DNA of 64,000 bases from an uncultured virus (IMG/VR IMGVR_UViG_2061766007_000148) (lineage: Duplodnaviria; Heunggongvirae; Uroviricota; Caudoviricetes): IMG/VR virus record IMGVR_UViG_2061766007_000148, one strand, 5' to 3'. Under the pieces are notes generated by a model. The model was given only the letters and a program-made list of their open reading frames with translations. It searched no databases and was not told the DNA's origin. A program made the translations under genes and the position numbers. Below, piece by piece: positions 1 to 10,019 of the stretch (position 1 is its first letter; each line of letters starts with the position of its first letter).

Positions 1-87
1 AATGCCTTAATCTGCTGTGCCATTTCTCTAAGTTCAGTTATCGTTTTCATGATATCTCCTAAAATCTAACGGCAATTTATATCGTCG

Positions 88-357
88 TCACTCTTGCGGG
101 TCTTTTTTGTATGTTTTGTCGAGTATTGACATATCGGACTGATATAGGGCAGGGGTGTCCGCGATTCTGCCGACGTTGCGGTACATTACCAACATTTCAC
201 CGTGTAAAATGTACAATCCCTCTTCGGTAATATCGGGGTCGTCGTGATAAAATTGCTTTAATTCCTTTAAACCCCGCTTTGCATGGTTAAAATCTTTACA
301 GATTATTTCGATCATTTTGTCTATGTCGGAAATCAGGTGCTCTTTTTTGTTCATCAT
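88..357 (-). CDS. small helical hypothetical protein
   Basis: ORF in the tightly packed minus-strand array; GAGGTG RBS upstream. Confidence 0.7.
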   Translation of the reverse strand: MMNKKEHLISDIDKMIEIICKDFNHAKRGLKELKQFYHDDPDITEEGLYILHGEMLVMYRNVGRIADTPALYQSDMSILDKTYKKDPQE

Positions 358-630
358 TTACACCTCAGTTGTATCGTTGTCACCCTGTTTAATCAGACTG
401 GCTCTGATTTTCTCAACATCCTCTTCCGACATGTATGTGAGTGTCGGTCTGTCCGAGTTATCTATATGCTTTACAGGGTAGTATGCGGCAATTACGGTCA
501 GCAGTCCTACGATTGCCGCAAGGTATGTGTTTGTAAGGGTATTTAACAGGAGAAACACTGCAAAACCTAACCAAAGACCGACCAGAAATCCGGTCTTTGA
601 GAAATACGGCAGTTCATATACGGTTACCAT
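358..630 (-). CDS. small 2-TM membrane protein
   Basis: two hydrophobic segments; TAATG coupling to the upstream gene. Confidence 0.7.
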   Translation of the reverse strand: MVTVYELPYFSKTGFLVGLWLGFAVFLLLNTLTNTYLAAIVGLLTVIAAYYPVKHIDNSDRPTLTYMSEEDVEKIRASLIKQGDNDTTEV

Positions 631-944
631 TACAGATGCCTCCCGATGTTCAGTACAGGATCGCCGAGAACTGCCTCTGCAATCAATTTCTGTTGCAGTT
701 TACGGTATTCCTGAATCTTTGCCCATCTTTTGTCGTGCTCTTCGGCAGGCACAACTCCTCCGTATTCCGAGAGGATGTAATTATATACATCCTCATCGAT
801 TTTCTGAACCGTTATTTCTCCTTTTGTTATCGGTAAATTTGATGAGGCAAAAAATTCAATTGCTTTTCCGATTGCCTCTCCCTCGGTTTTACCTACTCCG
901 AAGATTCCCTCATTCGGAACCGTTGCGGCATAAAAATCTGTCAT
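630..944 (-). CDS. HicB-N-like alpha/beta protein (family F3)
   Basis: IFGVGKTEGEAIGKA motif; similar motifs in 41033, 45786, 54102 and 55440. Confidence 0.55.
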   Translation of the reverse strand: MTDFYAATVPNEGIFGVGKTEGEAIGKAIEFFASSNLPITKGEITVQKIDEDVYNYILSEYGGVVPAEEHDKRWAKIQEYRKLQQKLIAEAVLGDPVLNIGRHL

Positions 945-1168
945 TACTCTTCACTTCCTGTTGTTGATTGATAATAATACCCTATCCCCAATATTTCTGC
1001 AAGGATCCACATACCAAAATATGATAATATCCCAAAGATTATTGCAAAAGGAATCCACATCCCAATTTCACAGATTATAAGGGATGTAACTATTGCGACA
1101 CTTATACATACTGCAAATCGTTCCTCTCCGTAGTAGATTTTATGCATGAATTTATCGGGTGTTGTCAT
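944..1168 (-). CDS. small 2-TM membrane protein
   Basis: hydrophobic hairpin; start/stop overlaps with neighbours. Confidence 0.7.
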   Translation of the reverse strand: MTTPDKFMHKIYYGEERFAVCISVAIVTSLIICEIGMWIPFAIIFGILSYFGMWILAEILGIGYYYQSTTGSEE

Positions 1169-1389
1169 TGTTTCACCTCTTCACTTTGTTCAGGGTTGTA
1201 AGGGACAGTAATTTTGCCCCATCCCATGAATTCTATAAGACCATACACTGCGATGAATGAGACGATGCCGAGGAGAACCGTCACGATGATGTCCGTGCGG
1301 ACACTCATCAACGCGAATGAAATCACCGTTCCGATAATCGCACTCATCATAATCTGCTCAGGGATGTTGCGGAATACCATTTCAGTCAT
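1165..1389 (-). CDS. small 2-TM membrane protein
   Basis: hydrophobic hairpin; ATGA overlap. Confidence 0.7.
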   Translation of the reverse strand: MTEMVFRNIPEQIMMSAIIGTVISFALMSVRTDIIVTVLLGIVSFIAVYGLIEFMGWGKITVPYNPEQSEEVKQ

Positions 1390-1744
1390 TGTCTGAATCT
1401 CCGTGGTTTTTTTCGCAGAACTCTGCCAATTCCGATAACCTGTTCTCGATATTGTTTAAACGTTCATTGAGGCATTTATGATGGTTTTCGATGTGATCTT
1501 CCATATGCTCTGCCGCAAATTCATTTGCCAAACTTATCATATTGGTTTTGACATCCTCATAGAGCTTAGGCACCGTTTCCAAATCGACTTTTGATGATAG
1601 CGTATAGTAATCCGTCCGGTATCGGATATGTGCCGTTTCAAGGCTTTGTATCCTACGTTCTATACTCTGAATAAGGGAGTATATTTTCAGAGATTCTTTT
1701 GTTGCATCGGCATTGACTGTCTTTGCAGAGTCGGGTTCGGTCAT
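1382..1744 (-). CDS. coiled-coil hypothetical protein
   Basis: heptad-rich; ATGA overlap; GAGGT RBS. Confidence 0.7.
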   Translation of the reverse strand: MTEPDSAKTVNADATKESLKIYSLIQSIERRIQSLETAHIRYRTDYYTLSSKVDLETVPKLYEDVKTNMISLANEFAAEHMEDHIENHHKCLNERLNNIENRLSELAEFCEKNHGDSDND

Positions 1745-2094
1745 TTTACCTCACTCTCCTCTTTGTCCCTCTTCTCCCAAACCAGAATCTTTTTTCTGAG
1801 TTGTAATGTGTGATAGGTCGTGTATGCAAACATCGTCAGACACAGGGCAAAAATGTACCAATAGGCAAATAATGTATCCTCTTCTGTTGTGCTCGGATCA
1901 TAAAAATCTAAGACTTCATACACTGCGGGGCAATACATATTGCATAATTCCATACCGAATACAACCACGCCTATAAAATACAGCCCTGAAAACCACACAA
2001 AATACCATTGCGGGTTTTCAAAGAATGCTGCGTATAATTGATGAACAATACCTTTTTTCGGCTCTTTTTTCTGATCGTTTTTAATTATATCCAT
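1741..2094 (-). CDS. 2-TM membrane protein (family F5)
   Basis: two TM segments, a YCP loop and a KILVWEK tail resembling 36289 and 44818. Confidence 0.7.
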   Translation of the reverse strand: MDIIKNDQKKEPKKGIVHQLYAAFFENPQWYFVWFSGLYFIGVVVFGMELCNMYCPAVYEVLDFYDPSTTEEDTLFAYWYIFALCLTMFAYTTYHTLQLRKKILVWEKRDKEESEVK

Positions 2095-2097
2095 AAC

Positions 2098-2469
2098 TTA
2101 TTCCTCCTTTGATTTATCTTCCGGCTTTTCCAATCTTGTATATGCGGCAACACGGTCACAAAACGTCGAATAATTCAAACAGATGTCATGCAAATGTTGA
2201 CAGCTCATCCCCATCATACCCAAAGCGGCTTTTTTTAAGAGAAAATACAAATCCAAATCACCCTGTGTAAGAGTAATTTTCTCCTTATATTTCTCAAGTT
2301 CTTCTTTTTTGATTTTCACATCCATCTGATGATAGTTCTTATAAATCAAATCAGTTACTTCCATGTAATCTGAAAGCAAGTCATCAAACTTATTGCTGAT
2401 ATCAGACATTGCAACCTGTTCGGCAATCTGCTGTCCGAACGGGCTTAGTGTTCTGTCATCGGTTATCAT
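2098..2469 (-). CDS. helical paralogue family F4 protein
   Basis: LSPFGQQIAEQV and LTQGDLDLYFLL motifs; ATGA overlap sets the start at 2469. Confidence 0.75.
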   Translation of the reverse strand: MITDDRTLSPFGQQIAEQVAMSDISNKFDDLLSDYMEVTDLIYKNYHQMDVKIKKEELEKYKEKITLTQGDLDLYFLLKKAALGMMGMSCQHLHDICLNYSTFCDRVAAYTRLEKPEDKSKEE

Positions 2470-2834
2470 TCTGACTCCCACCATTGATCCGGATCTGTGT
2501 ATTTGTCTATGAAATTGTTGAGTTCATTGTCGGCATTTTGCAGTTTTTTTGCGTATGCCTCCAGTTCTTTCTGCGAATAATTTACAGGCTCAAATTGCGA
2601 ATCTCTGAAATACTTGCTTAGTTTCGCCGATGTATGTTCAAGCCCTTCAAGAAGACTCACGATCTCCCGAATAAGATTCTCTGTTTTTTCGGACATCGGT
2701 TCGGGTTTTGGAATATCGGATCCTCTTATTACTCTTACATCCCCGAACCTTTTCAGTTGATTTACGATATCCTGAAGATATTCTTCGGCATTTTCGGGCA
2801 TTTGTTCTTTTTTCGGGTTGTCTGAATCAGTCAT
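2466..2834 (-). CDS. helical hypothetical protein
   Basis: coupled ORF with GGAGG RBS. Confidence 0.7.
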   Translation of the reverse strand: MTDSDNPKKEQMPENAEEYLQDIVNQLKRFGDVRVIRGSDIPKPEPMSEKTENLIREIVSLLEGLEHTSAKLSKYFRDSQFEPVNYSQKELEAYAKKLQNADNELNNFIDKYTDPDQWWESE

Positions 2835-3069
2835 CCTCTTCACACTCCGAAAAATTATCTTCATCTTCGGGCGGGTAATGCCAATATGTCCTGTAATTGC
2901 TCAACTCATACTCAAATTGCCGAAGGGCTTCGTAAAACTCTTCCTCGGTCATTAGACCCGATCTGATCAAAAGTGAGGATTTGTCGATTTCCTCACCGAT
3001 ATCATTCAAAAGACTGTGAATGCTTTTGATAACCAATTCCGTATTCTGTGATAATTCAGCCATCGTCAT
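2827..3069 (-). CDS. small acidic helical protein
   Basis: ATGA overlap; acidic tail. Confidence 0.65.
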   Translation of the reverse strand: MTMAELSQNTELVIKSIHSLLNDIGEEIDKSSLLIRSGLMTEEEFYEALRQFEYELSNYRTYWHYPPEDEDNFSECEEDD

Positions 3070-3602
3070 TCCTCCTCGTTGTCATCGTCACTGTCATCGT
3101 CACTGTCATCGGAATCCTCCTCTTCCTCCTCTGAGTCCTCACCAAGATATCTTTCGGCAATTTCCTTCCAAACCTCGCCGTCCTTTTTCATATCCTCAAC
3201 GTCCTGCATAATGGTGATGTAATCCGAGATGGCGTCTTCACACTGAATATAGCATCTCTTAAGATCCGACTCCATCTGTTTGAATATCTCAATCAGTTTC
3301 AAATCAGGTTTGGTGAACGGAGGCATTTCTTTTGAAAGCGATTCCAGATAACTGTGACCCATGAGTAATTCCCCGGATGCGTCATCAAGGATATGTAATA
3401 TATTTTCCAAACCCTCTGCATCAACGGATAAGATATGCCCCAAAATTCTTTTGGAAACAGGTAATATCCGTCCGTAAGAGTCCTTATCCCCGTTACAATC
3501 ATGAGTGCATTTGTCGCACCCGCAGTCTCCGTGGCGCACGCAGCTGTCTGTGCATTGATGTTTTTGATTTGTCTTCTTTTTTTGCGTTTTTTTATCGGTC
3601 AT
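3066..3602 (-). CDS. Cys/His-rich N-terminus plus F4 helical domain and acidic tail
   Basis: HQCTDSCVRHGDCGCDKCTHDC cluster; FTKPDLKLIEIF motif; D/E-rich C-terminus. Confidence 0.7.
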   Translation of the reverse strand: MTDKKTQKKKTNQKHQCTDSCVRHGDCGCDKCTHDCNGDKDSYGRILPVSKRILGHILSVDAEGLENILHILDDASGELLMGHSYLESLSKEMPPFTKPDLKLIEIFKQMESDLKRCYIQCEDAISDYITIMQDVEDMKKDGEVWKEIAERYLGEDSEEEEEDSDDSDDDSDDDNEEE

Positions 3603-3988
3603 GCTTTCTCCTCCGGCACGTATTTGTCCAGTTTTTCCGAACCGACTGTTTTGTGTATCGTTACAAAAAGTTCATTGTAAATCTTCCATGAATCCTCAAG
3701 ATTTTCGATAACTGTAAGCAAATTATCGCACGATTCCGTCAGATAAATAAATAGACGATCATCCTCACTGTTTACAATCCCTTTTGTCTCCTGATTGTCC
3801 AACTCTTTATTTAGCGAGATTGCCTTATCCAGTATGAATGTGTGTATTTTGCGTATCCTGTATCCCAACTCAGTGAAATCATTGCCTAAACAATACTCAT
3901 TTTTTAAATCCAGAAATTTGTGTGCGGATATGTCCTTAACGATGTTAAGTGCAAAAGGACTCAGGAAGGCATTCTCTATGTGAGTCAT
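3599..3988 (-). CDS. helical paralogue family F4 protein
   Basis: LSPFALNIVKDI and SEDDRLFIYL motifs. Confidence 0.75.
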   Translation of the reverse strand: MTHIENAFLSPFALNIVKDISAHKFLDLKNEYCLGNDFTELGYRIRKIHTFILDKAISLNKELDNQETKGIVNSEDDRLFIYLTESCDNLLTVIENLEDSWKIYNELFVTIHKTVGSEKLDKYVPEEKA

Positions 3989-4356
3989 ACGTTACCTCCC
4001 TTGGGCGGAGTCAATATCTCCGGCACCGTTACTTTTTTCAGCGAGTTGTAGAAATCCCTGTATTCCGTAATGTTATAAGATAACGGTTCATACATACTCA
4101 TAAACTTAAATGTGGATTTTTCAAGGAAATTATGCAGTATTTTGTCGCCGCGGGTGAGTTTTACCGTCTCCGAACAACCGTGACAATCTTCTTTTTTAAA
4201 CTCGTTGTCGAGTTCAAGATATGAGTGATAGACCAAATCTGAGATTTGCCTGAATAATTTCATGAATTGTTCCAGACTCTCATTGTTCTCGGATTGTGCG
4301 ATTTTTTCCGCGATTTTCTTCCCTATCGGGCTTAATTCGTAAGTTTCTTCAATCAT
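3985..4356 (-). CDS. helical paralogue family F4 protein
   Basis: LSPIGKKIAEKI and LTRGDKILHNFL motifs; AGGGGGA RBS. Confidence 0.75.
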   Translation of the reverse strand: MIEETYELSPIGKKIAEKIAQSENNESLEQFMKLFRQISDLVYHSYLELDNEFKKEDCHGCSETVKLTRGDKILHNFLEKSTFKFMSMYEPLSYNITEYRDFYNSLKKVTVPEILTPPKGGNV

Positions 4357-4371
4357 GTGTATATTTCCCCC

Positions 4372-4812
4372 TTATTGACTTTTTTCGTAATCATCCGTCT
4401 TTGGCGCAGTCATTTCGCCGTATGTTCCGACCTCGGATAATTTGTCACGGAGTAGTTTGTATTCCGCGATAGCGGATTTCACTGAATAATATGCGGCATC
4501 CATCTTTCCGTGACCTATGCCGAGGACGTACATAAGGTCATAATCCCCCCGTGTAATCACTTTTTTAGATGCCTCACAGTGACGTTCACGTGTGAATTCC
4601 TCCTTGAGGTCAACGTATTTGTGCTGAATTAACACAGTGTACTTTCTGAATCTTTCCTCAAGACTTTCCAAATCTTCAAGGAGGTCGAAATCATCTATCT
4701 CTTTGGAGACTTTCCGTCCGATTTTACTTAATTTTAAAGAATCCTCTATCATTTTATCATCTCTTTCAGATGGTTTTGTGTTGTTTTTGTCAAACGGTTT
4801 AATTTTCTTCAT
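4372..4812 (-). CDS. helical paralogue family F4 protein
   Basis: LSKIGRKVSKEI and ITRGDYDLMYVL motifs; start uncertain. Confidence 0.7.
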   Translation of the reverse strand: MKKIKPFDKNNTKPSERDDKMIEDSLKLSKIGRKVSKEIDDFDLLEDLESLEERFRKYTVLIQHKYVDLKEEFTRERHCEASKKVITRGDYDLMYVLGIGHGKMDAAYYSVKSAIAEYKLLRDKLSEVGTYGEMTAPKTDDYEKSQ

Positions 4813-5452
4813 ATTTTGAAATCCAATACTGTGAGTCATCACTTCCCCACTGCACCGCCATTGCATGTGCGATGCCGTGAAAAGTTTTTGACCGGATTTG
4901 CCATTTCATAAGATTTGTGCCCTTTACGGAACATCCCTCCGTGAAGTGAATCGCTTTTTTCTTGCCCCCCGTCTGAATGTATAACGGTTCGGGTATCTGC
5001 GGATATGAGATACTCCAGTAAAGTTTCGGGAGATTCTTTAACCACAGACACGTTCTTTTCATTACACAGTCTCCGAACATCCACGGATGTATCGTCTGAT
5101 CTGGTCTCCTGAAATGAGAGTTGAGATACCCTTGCGGGTTTTCCATACAGATTTTCGGAATGTCCGCATTGTAAAGACGCATTGCAAACTCGAATGCTCT
5201 CTCCCTCTCCCTCTCTCTGGTCGGATTATTTCGGAAATGCCTGTTGCCCGCCGTTGTGAGATATGTACACGGCGGGTGCGCTATCATTAAATCCCATTTT
5301 TCACCGTTTATCACATCGAGAACATCGCCCTGAATGTGACGCCCCTTATCGGATTGTGAAGGCAGAAGGTCGCATGATACCGCATCGTGACCCAAATTCA
5401 GGAATTCATCCCGGACGGTTCCCGAAAATTCACACGCAACAAGTACTTTCAT
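4799..5452 (-). CDS. phage-type DNA (cytosine-5) methyltransferase, orphan
   Basis: KVLVACEFSG (SAM motif I), AHPPC (catalytic PC, motif IV), ENP (motif VI), KRTCLW and RSKTF..GIA.AMA.QW, typical of short viral C5-MTases. Confidence 0.85.
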   Translation of the reverse strand: MKVLVACEFSGTVRDEFLNLGHDAVSCDLLPSQSDKGRHIQGDVLDVINGEKWDLMIAHPPCTYLTTAGNRHFRNNPTRERERERAFEFAMRLYNADIPKICMENPQGYLNSHFRRPDQTIHPWMFGDCVMKRTCLWLKNLPKLYWSISYPQIPEPLYIQTGGKKKAIHFTEGCSVKGTNLMKWQIRSKTFHGIAHAMAVQWGSDDSQYWISKYEEN

Positions 5453-5454
5453 GT

Positions 5455-5691
5455 TCAATCATCCTCTGTATAGTTGAAATGCTCTCTTAATGCTGTCAGA
5501 GTTACACTGAGGAGTACCAACTGTCCGTTGAGCAGTTTTAAATCGGTAAAATCATACTCTTTAGATGCTTCTCTATGTTTTACGAGAGATTTCATAAGTT
5601 TATGAACGTCAACTTCAATACTGAAGAGGAGATCATTGATTGAGGTTCTTAAATCATCCTCATCAATGATATTCGGGCTGTCAGAAGACAT
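5455..5691 (-). CDS. small helical hypothetical protein
   Basis: coupled ORF. Confidence 0.65.
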   Translation of the reverse strand: MSSDSPNIIDEDDLRTSINDLLFSIEVDVHKLMKSLVKHREASKEYDFTDLKLLNGQLVLLSVTLTALREHFNYTEDD

Positions 5692-5693
5692 AT

Positions 5694-5864
5694 TCAGGAG
5701 TGCGCCTCCTGTGCCGTCTTTTCAGCTGTCTTTTCAAGTGCGGCGATGCGTTTTTCCAACTCTCTGATTTTGGAGTTTATGTCATCAATGTCGTCTCTCA
5801 GATAGAAATGGTCATCCTTGATGTGATCTTTGAGCTGATCCGCAAGTTCTTTTACATCGGTCAT
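5694..5864 (-). CDS. small coiled-coil protein
   Basis: IRELEKRIAALEK heptads; ATGA overlap. Confidence 0.65.
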   Translation of the reverse strand: MTDVKELADQLKDHIKDDHFYLRDDIDDINSKIRELEKRIAALEKTAEKTAQEAHS

Positions 5865-6112
5865 GCTATCGTTTCCCAATCATCCTCATCAATCATCACA
5901 CATCTGAACATATTCAAAATGAATTCCCCTTTAACCAAATCATCATAAATAGGCTCCAATTCCTGAATTGTAAGCCCGTCCGTATCGGCTTGGTCAGGAC
6001 AACACTTTTGAATACGCTCAAGCATGTAATTTATATCGATTATTTTGATTCTGATTTTTTCAATTAACTCATTTCTTCGGTCTGTTTCAGAGTTTGTGAT
6101 TTCCTGTGTCAT
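5861..6112 (-). CDS. small helical hypothetical protein
   Basis: ATGA overlap gives an MTQEIT start. Confidence 0.65.
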   Translation of the reverse strand: MTQEITNSETDRRNELIEKIRIKIIDINYMLERIQKCCPDQADTDGLTIQELEPIYDDLVKGEFILNMFRCVMIDEDDWETIA

Positions 6113-6609
6113 ATTCCACCTAATCCTTCGGGATGTATCGTAATTGTGGTCGTAAACGATATCGTGATTGTGCGGATGCCGTTTTTGTAATCCTCGGATT
6201 CTTTCCGGGGTCTGCACCTGTAAACATTAGAGGATATCCATTTCCCCTCGTTATTCATCGGCAAACCCGTTTTTTTGGAGAGCTGTTTCATAGCCTCCCA
6301 ATAGATGTCTGTCCAGTCATTGCATGACTCCGGCATATCTCTGACGCGGATAAGCCTCTCCTTTTCCCTAACGAATCGGATACGTTTACCGTTGCGGTCG
6401 GAAGACTCGATGTCCATATAGACCTCGACGAAATATGCCCTTGCCCCTGTGTCGTAATAACTCTCACATCCGGCATCGATCTCATTGTCGCGGATTGCCT
6501 GATGAGTAATTGCGCAAATGTCCCCGGATGAAACCGTGTAATCTTTGCTTTTCAAAGTTCTGATTCCGTAGGTGCCTATACAGTTTTGACAGTGGTTCGG
6601 TGATATCAT
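6109..6609 (-). CDS. hypothetical protein with N-terminal Cys cluster; resembles 10706-11092
   Basis: CQNC...C...C; P.....W.D.Y..A motif shared with 10706-11092; GGAGG RBS. Confidence 0.7.
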   Translation of the reverse strand: MISPNHCQNCIGTYGIRTLKSKDYTVSSGDICAITHQAIRDNEIDAGCESYYDTGARAYFVEVYMDIESSDRNGKRIRFVREKERLIRVRDMPESCNDWTDIYWEAMKQLSKKTGLPMNNEGKWISSNVYRCRPRKESEDYKNGIRTITISFTTTITIHPEGLGGI

Positions 6610-6627
6610 ACGTATGTTGCCTCCAAA

Positions 6628-6882
6628 TTAACACTCATCCTTACTTATGATCATAAGGATGAACGCTATTGCCAACCCCGTACCGATTGCGAAACCCCAA
6701 CAGAACGATTCCGCNNNNNNNNNNNNNNNNNNNNNNNNNNNNNNNNNNNNNNCTCCAAATAATGAACAAAGCCCCGCACAGATAAATCCGGGAATGGACA
6801 TCATGATTAAGAACGTACATGCGTTGTGTAGATTCCAAAGTCCGTCTTTATAGGGGTCGCCTAAAATTATACGGGCTATCAA
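6628..6882 (-). CDS. small membrane protein (spans an N gap)
   Basis: two hydrophobic segments. Confidence 0.55.
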   Translation of the reverse strand: MIARIILGDPYKDGLWNLHNACTFLIMMSIPGFICAGLCSLFGXXXXXXXXXXXXXAESFCWGFAIGTGLAIAFILMIISKDEC

Positions 6883-7265
6883 TCTTCTTTCGCCTCCTTA
6901 TCAAGAATATTCTTTAAGTGCTGTTTACCTGAAACCCATGTGTTATCTACTGCTTCCAAAGAATAGGTCATATCCCGAATATTCTGTGAATATTTCGATG
7001 AGTTTTTCAGTAATATCGATACCAGTTCTAACTGACCGAACAGACGATCCAAGAACATAGTCATTCCGATAATATCTTCCGTCAAGCTGCGGCTGTCTGT
7101 TTTATCGGGGTCGTCGATATATTTATCAATCTCTCCGAGTCTGTATGTCACGGATTGTTGGCGATGTTTGATTTCGTTCAAAAGATCTTCATTTTTCTTT
7201 AATCCGTCAAATACAAGACCAGTCTTTTTGGATATATCGAGATTGTAGGTCAGTGTTTCAATCAT
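6879..7265 (-). CDS. helical hypothetical protein
   Basis: coupled ORF. Confidence 0.7.
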   Translation of the reverse strand: MIETLTYNLDISKKTGLVFDGLKKNEDLLNEIKHRQQSVTYRLGEIDKYIDDPDKTDSRSLTEDIIGMTMFLDRLFGQLELVSILLKNSSKYSQNIRDMTYSLEAVDNTWVSGKQHLKNILDKEAKED

Positions 7266-7833
7266 TTATGACCCTCTCCGGTAATTTGTGTGTACTTAAG
7301 TATTCAGGTACGCATTTTTTAGCGATTACATCCCCAATTTCATAGTCAATGAATGTGTATATTTCCAAAAGTTTCTCCAATTTTAAAGACAATGTGTGGT
7401 TTTTTCGGATGATATAGTCCAAATACGGGTCTAATTCCCCATATGTCATTCTTGTTTCTTTGTCATTCCTGTTCAGACAGTATCCTTTTCCGTCAAGGTG
7501 CTCTTTGATGAAAATCATGTCCTGTTTTGAGTTGTAAAGATAGCTTTCGAGACGTTTTGTTGTCTCTATTTCAGTCTGAACTCTCTGAATCATACTTTGA
7601 ATACTTTCGGTGAAATCCGATTTATCGGAATTATTCGCAGTTTCCTGTTCAATCAGTCTTTTAATTTCGTCTTCTGGGTAACGATTTACCCAATGTTTAA
7701 GGTATTCCGGGGTATTTTTAAAATCAACATTCAATTGATGTTTTTTGTCCAATTTTCTGTTGTAATATCCTTCAACGATACCCCAGAAGACGCCGATTCC
7801 GAATCCGAGTGTGCCTATAAATATCAGTGACAT
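7258..7833 (-). CDS. membrane-anchored helical protein
   Basis: N-terminal TM segment followed by a coiled-coil. Confidence 0.7.
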   Translation of the reverse strand: MSLIFIGTLGFGIGVFWGIVEGYYNRKLDKKHQLNVDFKNTPEYLKHWVNRYPEDEIKRLIEQETANNSDKSDFTESIQSMIQRVQTEIETTKRLESYLYNSKQDMIFIKEHLDGKGYCLNRNDKETRMTYGELDPYLDYIIRKNHTLSLKLEKLLEIYTFIDYEIGDVIAKKCVPEYLSTHKLPERVIND

Positions 7834-7935
7834 TGCTCAGCACCCCTTTTCCAAAGATACAGATAATACCCGACAAATCCGACGGTTACTCCGAGTAGAA
7901 ACGTGTATGCGAACGTGACCACTTCGAGGTATGTC

Positions 7936-8520
7936 TCAAGCATTGTTTTCCTCCGCGGCTGTCTCCGGGACAGGTTCGCACGACCGGGTTTGCTGCACGG
8001 TCGGGTCTTCGGTCGGGGTCATCTTACTCAAGTCCACATAATGATCGATTATCCACTCAATCCGCGATTCGTCATCACGATATCCGTACAGAAGTGTCGA
8101 TAATTCAGCAGGGCTTGAGACTTCATGGATTCTGTCAATTACAAAGCCGTAATATGTCCATGCGCCGTCAATGATATCCAAAAGGGTTTGCTTCTCTTTT
8201 TCGACATCTTTGCGGAGTTTGGTTGTTTCGCCGTGACCTAATTTTGAGAGTGAATTCTTCACGGTCAAGGTCATTTGAGAGCACTTGCCGATGAGCTCAT
8301 ATTTTTTGAGATTGTCCAGAAACATGAAATCATCGCTGTTAACTTCTCCGAGTTTGTCCGAGACCTCGGTAAAACGTTCGCGGATGAAGGTGAGTTCATC
8401 TTTCGAGTCGGAATCGACCTTATACTCACTGAACCATTCGTAAAGGGTCTCCAAATCCGCCTGAATGTCATATACTTTCTCGCAGATTTCATTGCGGAGT
8501 TTGTATGCGCTTTGGGTCAT
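7936..8520 (-). CDS. helical hypothetical protein
   Basis: GGAGGT RBS; ATGA overlap. Confidence 0.7.
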   Translation of the reverse strand: MTQSAYKLRNEICEKVYDIQADLETLYEWFSEYKVDSDSKDELTFIRERFTEVSDKLGEVNSDDFMFLDNLKKYELIGKCSQMTLTVKNSLSKLGHGETTKLRKDVEKEKQTLLDIIDGAWTYYGFVIDRIHEVSSPAELSTLLYGYRDDESRIEWIIDHYVDLSKMTPTEDPTVQQTRSCEPVPETAAEENNA

Positions 8521-8921
8521 ATCTCTACCTCCCATTTACAGGTATCAATGAGATTTTCATCAAATCCGCCGTCCTCGACGATTTCACCGAGATCCAACAT
8601 AATCTGTTCGTAGACTTCTAAGAGGTCTGTTATTTTCGCATAACAATCCTCTATACCGGATTTTGCATACTCAAGAACTTCGATGAGTTTTGTTTCGGTA
8701 TCTGCGTCGGGGGCATTCTTTGCGCCTGCCGCGAGGTCGTTTTTCAGCTGTCGGAGATTTTCTTCGAGCGTACCCAAAGTTACATCAAATTTTGAATACG
8801 TAGGGTTCCAATCCCAACATCCGTGTCTGAGGATGTCCCGAACGGTTTCCTGTAATGACTCTCCGATGAGGACTGTTTTGTTTTCGTCGTCGCTGTCGGC
8901 GGGGTTTGTAAATACTGTCAT
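8517..8921 (-). CDS. helical protein, probable F4
   Basis: DTETKLIEVLEYA motif; ATGA overlaps. Confidence 0.7.
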   Translation of the reverse strand: MTVFTNPADSDDENKTVLIGESLQETVRDILRHGCWDWNPTYSKFDVTLGTLEENLRQLKNDLAAGAKNAPDADTETKLIEVLEYAKSGIEDCYAKITDLLEVYEQIMLDLGEIVEDGGFDENLIDTCKWEVEI

Positions 8922-9331
8922 TGTTTTTCCTCCGTATTTTGCGGGATATTTACGTTGGCAGCGGTCTGCGGGATTGTCTTTTTGTAGTTTATCTGTACGA
9001 GTCCTGTTCTGACCTCTCTGATAGTGTCCTCACATTTTGTCAGAATGTCTTCACACGGTTGAAGTGTGTCCTCTATACGCTCAAGATACAGAATGAGATT
9101 TATGTCATCAACGTTCTGTTTGAGTTGTGCGGCAATTGCCGGGTCTTCAAGGTTGTTGCGAAGCGCTCTCAGAAGATTGCCGACACCCGCCATACTTTGA
9201 GATATCCTTACCGCGGCATCGTAGAGTAACCATCCGTCTGAGTGAACTTTGTCAATCTTCAGGAGTTCAGGCTCCACGAGTTGATTTTCTGGATGTGGGT
9301 ATAATGTTGCCATCTTATTTTCCCCATTCAA
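8918..9331 (-). CDS. helical protein, probable F4
   Basis: DDINLILYLERI motif. Confidence 0.7.
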   Translation of the reverse strand: MNGENKMATLYPHPENQLVEPELLKIDKVHSDGWLLYDAAVRISQSMAGVGNLLRALRNNLEDPAIAAQLKQNVDDINLILYLERIEDTLQPCEDILTKCEDTIREVRTGLVQINYKKTIPQTAANVNIPQNTEEKQ

Positions 9332-9630
9332 TTTTTCTCAACTTTGCGTGCCAAGGCAATGGTCATTCCGTCGGAGAGGAGTGCATACAGCTGTTTGGAT
9401 TTCAGGTATGTGTAGACTGTCAGAACTCCGAGTATCGGCAGAATTGTGAATTCCGCGTAATCATAGGGGTATGTCAGAAGCGGTTCGGGGTGCAGAAATA
9501 ATCTTCCTATGAGTGCGAGGAACATTACTGTTGCAAGCGTAAGGGACGTGCCAAGCGAAAAAAGCGCTTTGGAGTATGCGTCAAATTCGTTGTCTTTTTC
9601 AATATTGTCAAAAAATTCTTTAATTTTCAT
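9328..9630 (-). CDS. 2-TM membrane protein
   Basis: two TM segments; GGAGGT RBS. Confidence 0.7.
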   Translation of the reverse strand: MKIKEFFDNIEKDNEFDAYSKALFSLGTSLTLATVMFLALIGRLFLHPEPLLTYPYDYAEFTILPILGVLTVYTYLKSKQLYALLSDGMTIALARKVEKN

Positions 9631-9644
9631 TTTAATAACCTCCG

Positions 9645-10019
9645 TTATGCATGGTTGCCTGTGGGAATTTGTGCGGGGATCTGGCTGTTGTCGTAAATTC
9701 TGTACAGGGGTTCCATGATTTTACAGTATATTTCATATGCCGTGTTCAGATGTTCCGATATCTCGGCAAACGACGATTCCGAGTGTTCAAGCAAAGCCAA
9801 CAGTTTTCGGTCGGTTTCGGAGAAATGATCTGGTGATTCAGTCATCTCAAACCTCAAACCATGTTTGAGATTTTCGGTGAAACATGATAATTCGGCGCGT
9901 TTTTCCATGATGTTACTGATTGCAAGAAACATGTCATGTGAGGCTCCGGTCATGCTCAGGAATTTTCTCAAATGTTCCGCCGAATACAGACTCAGTGTGT
10001 CCATCGAAATATCATTCAT
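9645..10019 (-). CDS. helical paralogue family F4 protein
   Basis: TLSLYSAEHL and FSETDRKLLALL motifs. Confidence 0.7.
   Translation of the reverse strand: MNDISMDTLSLYSAEHLRKFLSMTGASHDMFLAISNIMEKRAELSCFTENLKHGLRFEMTESPDHFSETDRKLLALLEHSESSFAEISEHLNTAYEIYCKIMEPLYRIYDNSQIPAQIPTGNHA

Noticed and set aside
4799..5452. Complete restriction-modification system
   Set aside because: No recognisable endonuclease is adjacent, and orphan MTases are common in viruses.
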